From: an uncultured virus (IMG/VR IMGVR_UViG_3300034082_002584)
Lineage: Duplodnaviria; Heunggongvirae; Uroviricota; Caudoviricetes
DNA length: 20,000 nt
Virus record (IMG/VR): IMGVR_UViG_3300034082_002584
Strand: one strand, 5' to 3'
The stretch's first letter is position 1; every line of letters starts with the position of its first letter. Positions 8,545 to 17,053 of this stretch are shown here, one piece after another. The position numbers and the translations under genes are program-made. The notes under the pieces are model-generated. The model worked only from the letters and a program-made list of their open reading frames with translations, did no database searches and had not been told where the DNA came from.

Positions 8545-9126
8545 ATGGCACATTATGTATTTTTGCATGGAGCAAACTCAAGTAGTAATAGTTTCAATTA
8601 TATTATTTCACAACTACAATTAAATAAAAAAGACTTCACTATGATTGATTATAAAAGTTCGGACGGATTTTACTTCAATCTAGAAAATATGATGAACAAA
8701 TTATCAAATAAAAATAAATTGTTTATGGTAGGACATAGCTTAGGAGGAATATATGCATTGCATTTATCAAAACTAGTTGACGTAATTGGAGGAATAACCA
8801 TTGGAACCCCATTTTCAGGAAGTTCATTAGCTGATTGGGCAAGATTTATGATCCCAAATTATCAATTGTTTCGTGATGTTGGTAGAAATAGTCACCCAAT
8901 TATAATGGGAAAAAAAATTAATATAAATGTTCCATGGACACAATTAATTAGCACCAAAGGGCGAGTTCCATGGATGCTTGCAGATAATGATGGTGTAGTG
9001 ACTATCAGAAGTCAAAAATCTCGAAACGATATGACACATATAGAATTACCATATAATCATTATGAAATAATGTGTGCCCAAGAAACCCCAAAATTAATAT
9101 ACCAAGAACACAAAAAAATCTCTTGA
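8545..9126 (+). CDS. Alpha/beta hydrolase (lipase/esterase-like)
   Basis: FLHGA oxyanion motif, GHSLGG nucleophile elbow, GTPF.GS, NDGVV acid, NHYE histidine. Confidence 0.9.
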   Translation: MAHYVFLHGANSSSNSFNYIISQLQLNKKDFTMIDYKSSDGFYFNLENMMNKLSNKNKLFMVGHSLGGIYALHLSKLVDVIGGITIGTPFSGSSLADWARFMIPNYQLFRDVGRNSHPIIMGKKININVPWTQLISTKGRVPWMLADNDGVVTIRSQKSRNDMTHIELPYNHYEIMCAQETPKLIYQEHKKIS

Positions 9127-9151
9127 CATAACGCACCGAATCAAGTATTGT
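9123..9151 (+). promoter_or_regulatory. Sigma70-type early promoter with GANTC in the spacer
   Basis: TTGACA-17 nt-TATTGT; GAATC at 9138-9142. Confidence 0.75.
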
Positions 9152-9182
9152 ATAGGTGTGGCTAATCTGAAAAGGAAATAAA

Positions 9183-9362
9183 ATGGAATATGCTTCACTT
9201 GTTGCCGTATGTCTTGTACTCCCTATTGTGGCTCTGTTGCTTTATTCAATTTTTCGACTTTTTAAAAATAGCAATGGCAACAGTTATTCATACGAAGAAA
9301 CTATCGACGAAAATGGTAATACGATTACTAAAGTGATTGACAACAATCCCGAATCAACGTAA
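9183..9362 (+). CDS. Small single-pass membrane protein (59 aa, not in ORF track)
   Basis: RBS AAAGGA; MEYASLVAVCLVLPIVALLLYSIFRLFKNSNGNSYSYEETIDENGNTITKVIDNNPEST*. Confidence 0.75.
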   Translation: MEYASLVAVCLVLPIVALLLYSIFRLFKNSNGNSYSYEETIDENGNTITKVIDNNPEST

Positions 9363-9411
9363 GTTTGTCAAACTACAACAACACAACCAACAACCTATCA
9401 GGAGAACATGA

Positions 9412-10857
9412 ATGTTCAGTCTTTTTATCGCAATGTTCTTGCTTATTGTAGCAGGAATTGCATCTATCCTTATGCGAGTCAATCACCTTCTTCCATTTCG
9501 CAAATATGTGATCATGGGGTCAGTGACTCTTGCTGCAATTTTCGTCATTTCGTCAACATATTACACAACCGATGCTGGTCACAATTATGTTGTCGAAAAT
9601 ACTCTTTTTGGAACAATCGACGTTTATACAGAACCTGGTCTGCATTTTATGATCCCCGGCTTCACTCGAATTACTTCCTATAAACAAGCCGCAACAATCA
9701 ATTTCACCAATAATGAAATGACCAATCCTAACGAATTTACTCGTTCAGAATCGGCAGTTTCTATTGCATTTGCCGACACCTATACTGCAGATATTCCAGC
9801 AACTTTTCGTTTTAGGTTGCCAATTGACTCGACACAGATGATCAAACTTCACAAAGAATTTCGTAGTTTCGACAATCTTGTTGGTGCAGTCCTTACCAAA
9901 AGTGCAATCGACGTTATCGTTATTACGGGAACACAATACACTGGTGAAGAATTTTTCCAAGGTGGGGTAAACTCTTATAAAGTTCAACTTGTCGATCAGC
10001 TTCAAAATGGTATCTATCAAACTCGTCGTGAGCAAGTTTTGGTAGAAGAAACAGAAGTTGCGGCAGTTAGTTCGTCAAATTCGAATGCAAACCTGTTGGA
10101 ACAAACAACTCGCAAAGTCTGGAAAAACGTTATCTTGACTGATGCAAATGGACAAGCTTTGCGGCTTGGAACACCACTTGGTCAATATGGGATTGAAGCA
10201 ACTCAAGTCACTATCGGTAATCCAATTCCAAGCGAAAAGCTGGACGGATTGCTTGAAAATAAACGTAATCTTGTTGCAAAACGTATCTCTGCTATCGAAC
10301 AATTGCAAACCGCAGAAGCAGAAGCACAAGCTGTTCAGCAAGAAGGCGAAATTGAAAAGCGGCGTCAAATTCAAGTTGCACAACGTGAAAAAGAAGTTGC
10401 AATTATTCAACGTCAACGTGAAGTTGAAGCAGAAAAGCAAATTGCAGAAAAAGAAACTGTTATTCGTGAAAAAGAGCGTGAACTTGCTGTGATCGACAAG
10501 CAAAAAGAACTTGAAGTTGCAGAAGCAAACCGTGATATCCAAAAAGCTGCCGCAGAAGCTGCTGTATTCGAAGCAACCGCTATCCGTGAAAAGGGTCTTG
10601 CAGAAGCTGAAGTTGACAGTGCAAAATTGGCTGCAAAACAAGTTGCTAAAGATATTTATATGGCAGAAATTCAGCGTGACATTGCCAAAATTATGTATCC
10701 TGCTCTTGCTAACGTGAAGATCACTATGCCACAATTCTATTCGGCTGGTGGTTCTGGTGATGCTGCTCCTACTTCTCTTGATGTGTTTACTACTCTTGGT
10801 GCACAAAAACTTCTTGAAGAACGTGCAGCACAAACGGAAGCAGTTCCAGTACAATAA
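9412..10857 (+). CDS. SPFH/Band 7 (flotillin/prohibitin-like) membrane protein
   Basis: Two N-terminal TM helices, EPGLHF..P motif, SPFH core, long AE/EA-rich coiled coil; RBS AGGAG. Confidence 0.88.
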   Translation: MFSLFIAMFLLIVAGIASILMRVNHLLPFRKYVIMGSVTLAAIFVISSTYYTTDAGHNYVVENTLFGTIDVYTEPGLHFMIPGFTRITSYKQAATINFTNNEMTNPNEFTRSESAVSIAFADTYTADIPATFRFRLPIDSTQMIKLHKEFRSFDNLVGAVLTKSAIDVIVITGTQYTGEEFFQGGVNSYKVQLVDQLQNGIYQTRREQVLVEETEVAAVSSSNSNANLLEQTTRKVWKNVILTDANGQALRLGTPLGQYGIEATQVTIGNPIPSEKLDGLLENKRNLVAKRISAIEQLQTAEAEAQAVQQEGEIEKRRQIQVAQREKEVAIIQRQREVEAEKQIAEKETVIREKERELAVIDKQKELEVAEANRDIQKAAAEAAVFEATAIREKGLAEAEVDSAKLAAKQVAKDIYMAEIQRDIAKIMYPALANVKITMPQFYSAGGSGDAAPTSLDVFTTLGAQKLLEERAAQTEAVPVQ

Positions 10858-10862
10858 CAAAC

Positions 10863-10888
10863 AAAGGCGGGGAAACCCGCCTTTTTTC
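10863..10888 (+). terminator. Rho-independent terminator
   Basis: AAAGGCGGG-GAAA-CCCGCCTTT followed by a T run, right after the SPFH stop. Confidence 0.92.
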
Positions 10889-10917
10889 TTGACTCTTGTT
10901 GCAGCAAAAAGTATACT
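10889..10917 (+). promoter_or_regulatory. Sigma70-type early promoter
   Basis: TTGACT-17 nt-TATACT; GACTC overlaps the -35 element. Confidence 0.8.
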
Positions 10918-10943
10918 AACTATAGAATAAAAGGAATCACATC

Positions 10944-11405
10944 ATGACGAACATAAAAGGCGAAATGCTGTCAAAGGCGATCCATATTGCCACGAATGCT
11001 CATCATCTGCAATTTGACAAAGGCGGAAAGCCCTATATCCTCCACTGCTTTAGGGTCATGAATTATCTGGGTACAGACGATGAAGAACTACAATGCATGG
11101 CATTGCTGCATGATGTTGCCGAAGATACCAAAATATCTTTTAAAGAAATGAAAAATGCTGGAATGTCGGATAGAGTCATTGCTGGAATTCGTCTTGTGAC
11201 CAAGATGCAAGGCCAAACCTTCGAAGAATATAAAGAACTTGTTATGTCTACAGTTGATTCGATGAAAGTCAAGAAAGCTGATCTTACTGACAATTCTGAT
11301 ATTCGTCGCCTCAAAGGCATCAGTGAGAAAGACATTGAACGCACCGTGAAGTATCAACGCTTCTATTGGGAAATTGAAGCAAAACTGAAAGAAATGGCAG
11401 AATAA
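10944..11405 (+). CDS. HD-domain protein, SpoT/Mesh1-like (small alarmone hydrolase-like)
   Basis: AH..Q.DKGGKPYILH..RV, ALLHDVAEDT, LVTK, VKKADLTDN: the standalone RelA/SpoT HD hydrolase pattern. Confidence 0.85.
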   Translation: MTNIKGEMLSKAIHIATNAHHLQFDKGGKPYILHCFRVMNYLGTDDEELQCMALLHDVAEDTKISFKEMKNAGMSDRVIAGIRLVTKMQGQTFEEYKELVMSTVDSMKVKKADLTDNSDIRRLKGISEKDIERTVKYQRFYWEIEAKLKEMAE

Positions 11406-11407
11406 TC

Positions 11408-11569
11408 ATGCATATGACATTAATTATAATGATGTGGCTTATAAGTATAGTTGGATATTTTGTAGCAAAAACCAATAAAACAACTACGTTGTTTTGGTTG
11501 ATTGCCCTTGTTGCTAATACCTGCAGCCTTGCTTTGGTACTTATCATGGCTATCCTACTTCATATTTAA
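11408..11569 (+). CDS. Small two-TM membrane protein (53 aa, not in ORF track)
   Basis: MHMTLIIMMWLISIVGYFVAKTNKTTTLFWLIALVANTCSLALVLIMAILLHI*; fills the gap after the HD gene. Confidence 0.6.
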   Translation: MHMTLIIMMWLISIVGYFVAKTNKTTTLFWLIALVANTCSLALVLIMAILLHI

Positions 11570-11579
11570 GGAAAACAAA

Positions 11580-11744
11580 ATGATTAGCATTCTTATATCG
11601 GTCCTGCTTATGTTTTGCCAAATTTGGCTGTATTATAATACAGAAAATCCAGTAGAAAAAGCACTATGGAAGGGATTTTCTATTCTATCAATGATAGTTT
11701 TATTTTTCAAGTTTTATGGACTTGCTAACGGAGCAGCATTGTGA
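11580..11744 (+). CDS. Small membrane protein
   Basis: 3' part of track ORF 11502..11744. ATG 11580 has RBS AAGGA; two hydrophobic segments. Confidence 0.6.
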   Translation: MISILISVLLMFCQIWLYYNTENPVEKALWKGFSILSMIVLFFKFYGLANGAAL

Positions 11745-11959
11745 CGCCAGCACAAGTTCGACGTAGACTAGCGACTATTAATAAGCATCAATTAATTTGG
11801 GATACTGCGGAAGCAGAATTACAAAATAAACTTTGTTCTCATCCGAATGCTACTAAAAAATATTGTAGTAATTCAGGAAATTATGATCGGAGTGCTGATA
11901 GCTATTGGATAGAATATACCTGCCCAGATTGTAAGAAAAAATGGAATGTAGATCAATGA
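11741..11959 (+). CDS. Small Zn-ribbon-like protein
   Basis: GTGA overlap; CSH...CPDC..W. Confidence 0.65.
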   Translation: MTPAQVRRRLATINKHQLIWDTAEAELQNKLCSHPNATKKYCSNSGNYDRSADSYWIEYTCPDCKKKWNVDQ

Positions 11960-12168
11960 AAGAAATAATGGAAAATCTATCAGTAATCTTAACCATTATA
12001 GTGGGTGGCTTAATGTTTTCATTATTAGCTGGAATGTTACCAACTATAGCATTAAAATTTATTTTTCCAACTTCTATATTTTTCTATGGCACAGTTGCAC
12101 TATTGACTTCTACAGTAATAGGTGCTATTATACTAGCAATAATTTATACTATATATTTTAAGGAATAA
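11956..12168 (+). CDS. Small two-TM membrane protein
   Basis: ATGA overlap at 11956; two strongly hydrophobic segments. Confidence 0.65.
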   Translation: MKEIMENLSVILTIIVGGLMFSLLAGMLPTIALKFIFPTSIFFYGTVALLTSTVIGAIILAIIYTIYFKE

Positions 12169-12170
12169 TA

Positions 12171-13295
12171 ATGAAATTCATAGCAACTCACCCACCAATT
12201 TATAAACGTGATACCAACGGTGGAACTCGTGTCTGGCAGATGCAGACCGGATACGACGATGAAAATACCGCAGGGCATCAGGTAATATCTGGCGTTCTTG
12301 ATGGAAAGATGGTTACTAGTGAGTGGAAAATTTGTAAGCCTAAAAATGTAGGTAAAGCAAATTCAACTACTGCTATTTCACAAGCGGAAGCAGAAGTATC
12401 GGCATTGTATACAAAAAAGCTAGAAACTGGATACTTTGAAAATCTTGACAGCATTGATACTTTTGATAAATTCAAACCTATGCTTGCTCATGATTATAAT
12501 GATTATTTTCCAACATATAAAAAGAAAACTTTCAGTCAGCCAAAATTTGATGGTGGACGATGCGAAGCACGTGCAGATGGTCTATGGACTCGCACTGGTA
12601 AACGTATTGTAAGCTGCCCTCATATTGAAAGGTCACTTGCTCCATTTTTCAAGAAAAATCCAACTGTAGTATTAGATGGAGAATTGTATAATCATAAACT
12701 CAAAGATGATTTTAATAAAATTATGTCATTGGTTCGGCAAACTAAGCCAACTGATCAAGATTTGATAGAATCAGAGAATATGGTTGAATATCATATCTAT
12801 GATTATGTAGAAAATAAAACAGACATTTATACTGAACGTTTGTATAAAATGCAAACCAATCTGGTAAACATTCAATATATCGAATTGGCAAAAACTGATA
12901 TAGTAACCTCACAAGAACAACTTGATGCTCTTTATATACAATATCTTGAAGATGGATATGAAGGACAAATGGTTCGTGACGATGTTGCTTATGAAAATAA
13001 AAGAACAAAACACCTACTAAAACGAAAAGAATTTATTACTGATGAATTCCGTGTTGTAGAAATTCTTGAAGGTGTTGGAAATTGGGCTGGATATGCAAAA
13101 CGATTCGTGGTAAAGTTACCAAGTGGTGTAAATTGCGGTGCAGGCGTTAAAGGCGACAGAAAAACTCTGAAGGAACTTTGGGACAGCAAAAAGAATCCAG
13201 ATTGGGCAACTGTTAGATATTTCACTCCAACACCAGATGGTATACCAAGATTTCCTGTTGTGATAGATTTTGGATATGGAAAAAGAGAGGATTAA
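12171..13295 (+). CDS. lig: ATP-dependent DNA ligase
   Basis: Motif I QPKFDG.RC, III LDGELY, IIIa YHIYD, IV EGQMVR, V LLKRKE, VI PRFPV. Confidence 0.95.
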   Translation: MKFIATHPPIYKRDTNGGTRVWQMQTGYDDENTAGHQVISGVLDGKMVTSEWKICKPKNVGKANSTTAISQAEAEVSALYTKKLETGYFENLDSIDTFDKFKPMLAHDYNDYFPTYKKKTFSQPKFDGGRCEARADGLWTRTGKRIVSCPHIERSLAPFFKKNPTVVLDGELYNHKLKDDFNKIMSLVRQTKPTDQDLIESENMVEYHIYDYVENKTDIYTERLYKMQTNLVNIQYIELAKTDIVTSQEQLDALYIQYLEDGYEGQMVRDDVAYENKRTKHLLKRKEFITDEFRVVEILEGVGNWAGYAKRFVVKLPSGVNCGAGVKGDRKTLKELWDSKKNPDWATVRYFTPTPDGIPRFPVVIDFGYGKRED

Positions 13296-13298
13296 TAA

Positions 13299-13562
13299 AT
13301 GAAAAAAATCGAAGAACTTATTAATAAAATAGCAATAGAAATTGACATTCAGACTGTTCAAATAGAAAATGCTACAAATCAATTAGAAGAAAATAAAAAA
13401 TTAGCAGTTTCTGAAATATTCGAAACTAATCATGAAAAAAATGCCATTGATATTGAACATTATCGTGATACCAATGCAAAATTAAAAAATGCATTGAACC
13501 TGCTTAGTAATTACAGAAACGAATTAAAACAACAAGCAATTGATCTAATCAATTCTATATAG
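13299..13562 (+). CDS. Hypothetical coiled-coil protein
   Basis: 87-aa ORF, RBS GAGGA. Confidence 0.7.
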   Translation: MKKIEELINKIAIEIDIQTVQIENATNQLEENKKLAVSEIFETNHEKNAIDIEHYRDTNAKLKNALNLLSNYRNELKQQAIDLINSI

Positions 13563-13936
13563 TGTGGGTAATTATGTATAATATATTTTCCAAGCTTTTC
13601 TCGAATTATCGGATATATCAGGTTTATGGTGGAACAGTTTATGTTCCGCTATATAAATGTAAAGAAAGGGGCATAGACACTGTATACTACGGAGTCTTAA
13701 CTTCTGTTCCAGACTTAAAGTCATTGGTTTTGACTACTGAAAATTTCAATAAAAAAGAATTTGCAAAAAAATCGTATGGGCATTATGTTGGTAGAACTCC
13801 AGAAATAGATGAAGATGTGATAAAGTCATGTGGTAGAACAAGCATGGCAAGTGCATTAGAAGCAATAGAGTTGCATCGCGAGTTTGTAAATTTTAAGAAA
13901 TCATATCATCAGGTAAAAATAGTAAAATATGTTTAG
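13562..13936 (+). CDS. Hypothetical protein
   Basis: Tightly packed ORF; start may be ATG 13574. Confidence 0.6.
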   Translation: MWVIMYNIFSKLFSNYRIYQVYGGTVYVPLYKCKERGIDTVYYGVLTSVPDLKSLVLTTENFNKKEFAKKSYGHYVGRTPEIDEDVIKSCGRTSMASALEAIELHREFVNFKKSYHQVKIVKYV

Positions 13937-14258
13937 GCCATTCAATCATATATTTAAAAAATATCGTATAATTTCATATCATGCAGATACTACATATGTA
14001 GCTATAGTATATGATTATCATTGGAAAGCCATATCTCGAAATATTATATATAATGAAACAAAATATAAACATAATGTTTCATATGACCAAGGCCGCTATA
14101 AATTCCATACACCTAGACAGTTAGATTTTGAATGGTATTTTGGAACGGATATGACATATCCGTGCCATAGCTGGATTGAAACTTATTGTATGGTATCTTC
14201 TATAGAAGAAGCTGAAAATATGATAAGATTACATAAGAAAAATAAAAAAATACAATGA
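13929..14258 (+). CDS. Hypothetical protein
   Basis: Overlaps both neighbours; aromatic-rich. Confidence 0.6.
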   Translation: MFRPFNHIFKKYRIISYHADTTYVAIVYDYHWKAISRNIIYNETKYKHNVSYDQGRYKFHTPRQLDFEWYFGTDMTYPCHSWIETYCMVSSIEEAENMIRLHKKNKKIQ

Positions 14259-14878
14259 AAACAGAATATAATGTAGAACAAATTACCCGTAACGATTGTA
14301 GTGATTTTATTTTAAATATACATTATGCAAAAAGATGGCCTAGTATTTCATATGCATATGGATTATTCCACAATAAAATATTAGTCGGAGTTGTCACATA
14401 TGGAACTCCACCATCATCTCCATTAAAAAAAGGAATAGCTGGAATAGCATATTCCCAAGATGTTTTAGAACTTAATAGACTAGTCTTATTGAATAATATA
14501 AAAAATGAGGCTAGTTTTTTAATCTCTAAAAGTTTGAAATTATTACCACAAAACAAAATAATAGTAAGTTTTGCAGATACAGAGCAAAATCATGCTGGAT
14601 ATGTATATCAAGCCTGCAACTTTATATATTGCGGATTATCTGCTAAAAGAACAGATTGGAAAATAAAAGGGCTTGAACATCTTCATGGCATAACTATTGC
14701 TGATGAATTTAGAGGAAAAGAAAATAGATCAAAATTAATGAGAATCAAGTATGGAAACGACTTTTACTTACAAGATAGACCAAGAAAACACAGATACATC
14801 TATGTGATCGGAAGTAAAAAATACAAAAAAGACGTATTAAAAGCATTGAACTATAAGATAGAGCCATACCCAAAATAA
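14255..14878 (+). CDS. Mom-like (GNAT-fold) DNA adenine modification protein
   Basis: HYA, GLF....LVGVVTYG.P, LELNRL, ASFLISKSLK, IVSFAD..Q.H.G.VYQA.NF.Y.G, K.RY: pattern of the phage Mu Mom family. Confidence 0.8.
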   Translation: MKTEYNVEQITRNDCSDFILNIHYAKRWPSISYAYGLFHNKILVGVVTYGTPPSSPLKKGIAGIAYSQDVLELNRLVLLNNIKNEASFLISKSLKLLPQNKIIVSFADTEQNHAGYVYQACNFIYCGLSAKRTDWKIKGLEHLHGITIADEFRGKENRSKLMRIKYGNDFYLQDRPRKHRYIYVIGSKKYKKDVLKALNYKIEPYPK

Positions 14879-14882
14879 CTAC

Positions 14883-14911
14883 TTGTGCACTACAGGTGTG
14901 TATGGTATTCT
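14883..14911 (+). promoter_or_regulatory. Candidate sigma70 promoter
   Basis: TTGTGC-17 nt-TATTCT right after the Mom-like stop; GAATC at 14919. Confidence 0.5.
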
Positions 14912-14944
14912 AACTACAGAATCATCCAACAAGGATTTGGCAAG

Positions 14945-15526
14945 ATGGAAACCATGGTAAAGTTCAACGAAGATTATTCGACAAAAGACAAAGACTATCT
15001 GAAAGATGCAATTAATTTCTATCTTGATCAAATGAATTTTGAAGATTTTGATGCAAAACTATATATCAACTTTACTGATAATCTTCCAGTTACTAGCGTA
15101 ATTACATCAGACGATCCAGAAAATCAAAAGATGTACAATCGTGGATTGTGTAAATATATATCACCTGATTTGTTTCTTGTTAGTATTTTGTCTACTCAGA
15201 ACCATGAACATCATATTAAAACGCTATTTCATGAACTTTGCCATGTTCATCAATATGTCTCAGGAAAGCAAAAGATTGATAATTATGGTAGAACCATCTG
15301 GAACAACAGCATACCATATCCTAAAAGTCAAAACACTGCATATCAAGACTATCTGAACCTTCCATGGGAAATCGAAGCACGTGAGCATGAAGAAATTTAC
15401 TATGCAAAATGGCGTGAAGTAGAAAAACGCATGAATAAAAAAAAATTGTGGTATGTGAAATTGCTTGACAAAGCATACAATACTATCGTATACTGTGTTA
15501 CATCTTGGAAGAAAGACACAAAATGA
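14945..15526 (+). CDS. HExxH zinc metallopeptidase-like protein
   Basis: TLFHELCHVHQY...Y.NLPWEIEA. Start placed at ATG 14945 (or 14954) rather than the track's GTG 14885. Confidence 0.8.
   Translation: METMVKFNEDYSTKDKDYLKDAINFYLDQMNFEDFDAKLYINFTDNLPVTSVITSDDPENQKMYNRGLCKYISPDLFLVSILSTQNHEHHIKTLFHELCHVHQYVSGKQKIDNYGRTIWNNSIPYPKSQNTAYQDYLNLPWEIEAREHEEIYYAKWREVEKRMNKKKLWYVKLLDKAYNTIVYCVTSWKKDTK
15465..15494 (+). promoter_or_regulatory. Candidate sigma70 promoter inside the peptidase 3' end, driving RNA ligase
   Basis: TTGACA-18 nt-TATACT, 28 nt before ATG 15523. Confidence 0.6.
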
Positions 15527-16680
15527 ACTACGAATTTCCAATCATCAATAACATCAATGATGTTTTGCCACATATTGCTGGTCGTCCTGAATTTATAGTA
15601 GCAGAACGTGTAGGCTATACTATAATTAATTATATGGTTTCCATGTCAGATACGTTTGACATTGATCCAAATAATCCGCTAACTGGAATTATTCGTCGTG
15701 AATGTCGTGGTATTATCTTTGATAAGGAAGGGAAACTAATTTCTCGACCATACCACAAATTTTTTAATATTTCGGAACGAGAAGAAACACAGATTAAAAA
15801 TCTAGACTTTACAAGTCAACACATTCTTATGGAAAAAATGGATGGATCAATGATTCGTCCATTGTGGATCAATCACTTGTTAGGCGGGATGCGTCTTGCC
15901 ACAAAAATGGGCGTTACTGATATTGCAATGGATGCAGAGCAATGGTTAGTGTTGCAATCTAATGCAAACGCTAAACAAAAATGGATCAGTGATCAAGTCA
16001 ATAGCAATAAAACTCCTATTTTCGAATGGGTTTCCCCAAATAATCGCATCGTAATTCATTATGATGAAGCTGATTTGGTATTGACTGCTATTCGGGATAA
16101 TAAAACTGGGGTATATCTGGATATTAATTCGGCTAATGCTCCATTTACTATTGTTCCACAATACGGCTCGTTGACTATGCCTATCGAACAATATATTGAA
16201 AAAGCACGACAAATGATTGGTCGTGAAGGCGATGTTATTCGTTGGTCAAACGGACATATGGGTAAGTTGAAAAATGATACCTATGTTCGTATTCACAAAA
16301 CCAAAGACAGAATTCGCAGCAATCGCAATATTGTTGATCTTATGCTAAACAATGAACTTGACGATTTGATGCCACATCTTGATGCGGGCGATACAAAACG
16401 TGTTCGTGATTTTGAAGCAGATTTTTGGAAAGCGATTGGAGAAAAAGAAAAATCTCTTACCGAAATGATCAATAATATAATCGAACTATCACAAGGAAAT
16501 CGTAAAACTATTGCACTGCAATTTATTCCATCAATGAATGATAAAGCAGATTCTGCTTTTATCTTTGGAGTATTGGATAATAAATCAGTTCGAAATATGA
16601 TTATGGTCAAATTGAATAAAAGCATGAATGCCGATGCTAGATTTGATGAATTTTGGCAATGGGTGAAAGTAGGTAATTAA
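15523..16680 (+). CDS. rnlA: RNA ligase 1 (T4 RnlA/gp63 family)
   Basis: RECRGIIF, SRPYHKFFN, motif I EKMDGS, FEWVSPNNRIV, L.AIRDN.TG.Y, EG.V, KLKN..Y..H; ATGA overlap. Confidence 0.92.
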   Translation: MNYEFPIINNINDVLPHIAGRPEFIVAERVGYTIINYMVSMSDTFDIDPNNPLTGIIRRECRGIIFDKEGKLISRPYHKFFNISEREETQIKNLDFTSQHILMEKMDGSMIRPLWINHLLGGMRLATKMGVTDIAMDAEQWLVLQSNANAKQKWISDQVNSNKTPIFEWVSPNNRIVIHYDEADLVLTAIRDNKTGVYLDINSANAPFTIVPQYGSLTMPIEQYIEKARQMIGREGDVIRWSNGHMGKLKNDTYVRIHKTKDRIRSNRNIVDLMLNNELDDLMPHLDAGDTKRVRDFEADFWKAIGEKEKSLTEMINNIIELSQGNRKTIALQFIPSMNDKADSAFIFGVLDNKSVRNMIMVKLNKSMNADARFDEFWQWVKVGN

Positions 16681-16682
16681 TA

Positions 16683-16922
16683 ATGTTTGAATATATGTAT
16701 ATCGTGTATCTGATTATTTCTTTTTTGTTTGGAATGGGTATGACTCTCTTTGCTATAACATTTGGATACATTATGAGAGAAGCAAAAGTAGGAGACAAAA
16801 AGTTTGATATAACAAAGACTGGGCTTACACCCACTCATATTGCGGTATTAAGATTATTATATTATATATGTTTTGTAATGGCTATTGCTTTTGCAGGATT
16901 TTCTGGAATGTCTATTAGATAA
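16683..16922 (+). CDS. Small two-TM membrane protein
   Basis: 79 aa; two hydrophobic helices separated by a charged loop. Confidence 0.7.
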   Translation: MFEYMYIVYLIISFLFGMGMTLFAITFGYIMREAKVGDKKFDITKTGLTPTHIAVLRLLYYICFVMAIAFAGFSGMSIR

Positions 16923-16949
16923 AATAAACTTACATATCATAAAAAAGAC

Positions 16950-16978
16950 TTGACACTAGAATCACACGGTGCTATACT
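16950..16978 (+). promoter_or_regulatory. Sigma70-type early promoter (extended -10, GANTC in spacer)
   Basis: TTGACA-17 nt-TATACT with TG at 16970-71; GAATC at 16959-16963. Confidence 0.88.
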
Positions 16979-16988
16979 AACAACACAA

Positions 16989-17037
16989 AGAATGAATGCA
17001 GCAATACAAACGCATTTAAAAGCAAACACGTCATTCT
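16989..17037 (+). ncRNA. Candidate structured RNA element in the leader of the Ro60/TROVE-like gene
   Basis: Perfect 7-bp closing helix AGAATGA(16989-95)/TCATTCT(17031-37) around ATGCAGCAA..., with inner ATGC/GCAT pairing; lies between the predicted TSS and the RBS AGGAG. Confidence 0.5.
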
Positions 17038-17053
17038 GACATAGGAGAGAAAA

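Noticed and set aside
10075..10860. 261-aa antisense ORF inside the SPFH gene
   Set aside because: It is codon-aligned with the sense frame. The sense gene avoids TTA/CTA and rarely uses TCA, which removes antisense stops, and the ORF ends exactly at a sense TCA (10075). The Phe/Cys/Leu-rich product is a typical shadow.
11502..11579. TTG-start extension of ORF 11502..11744
   Set aside because: Overlaps ORF 11408..11569; ATG 11580 has a clear RBS.
14885..14944. N-terminal extension of the peptidase from GTG 14885
   Set aside because: Overlaps a promoter-like element and lacks an RBS; ATG 14945/14954 is more plausible.
16989..17037. Canonical Y RNA or tRNA gene
   Set aside because: Too short, with no cloverleaf, no T-loop GTTCRA and no GGTCCGA/TTGACC Ro-binding helix. 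Kept only as a candidate novel element.
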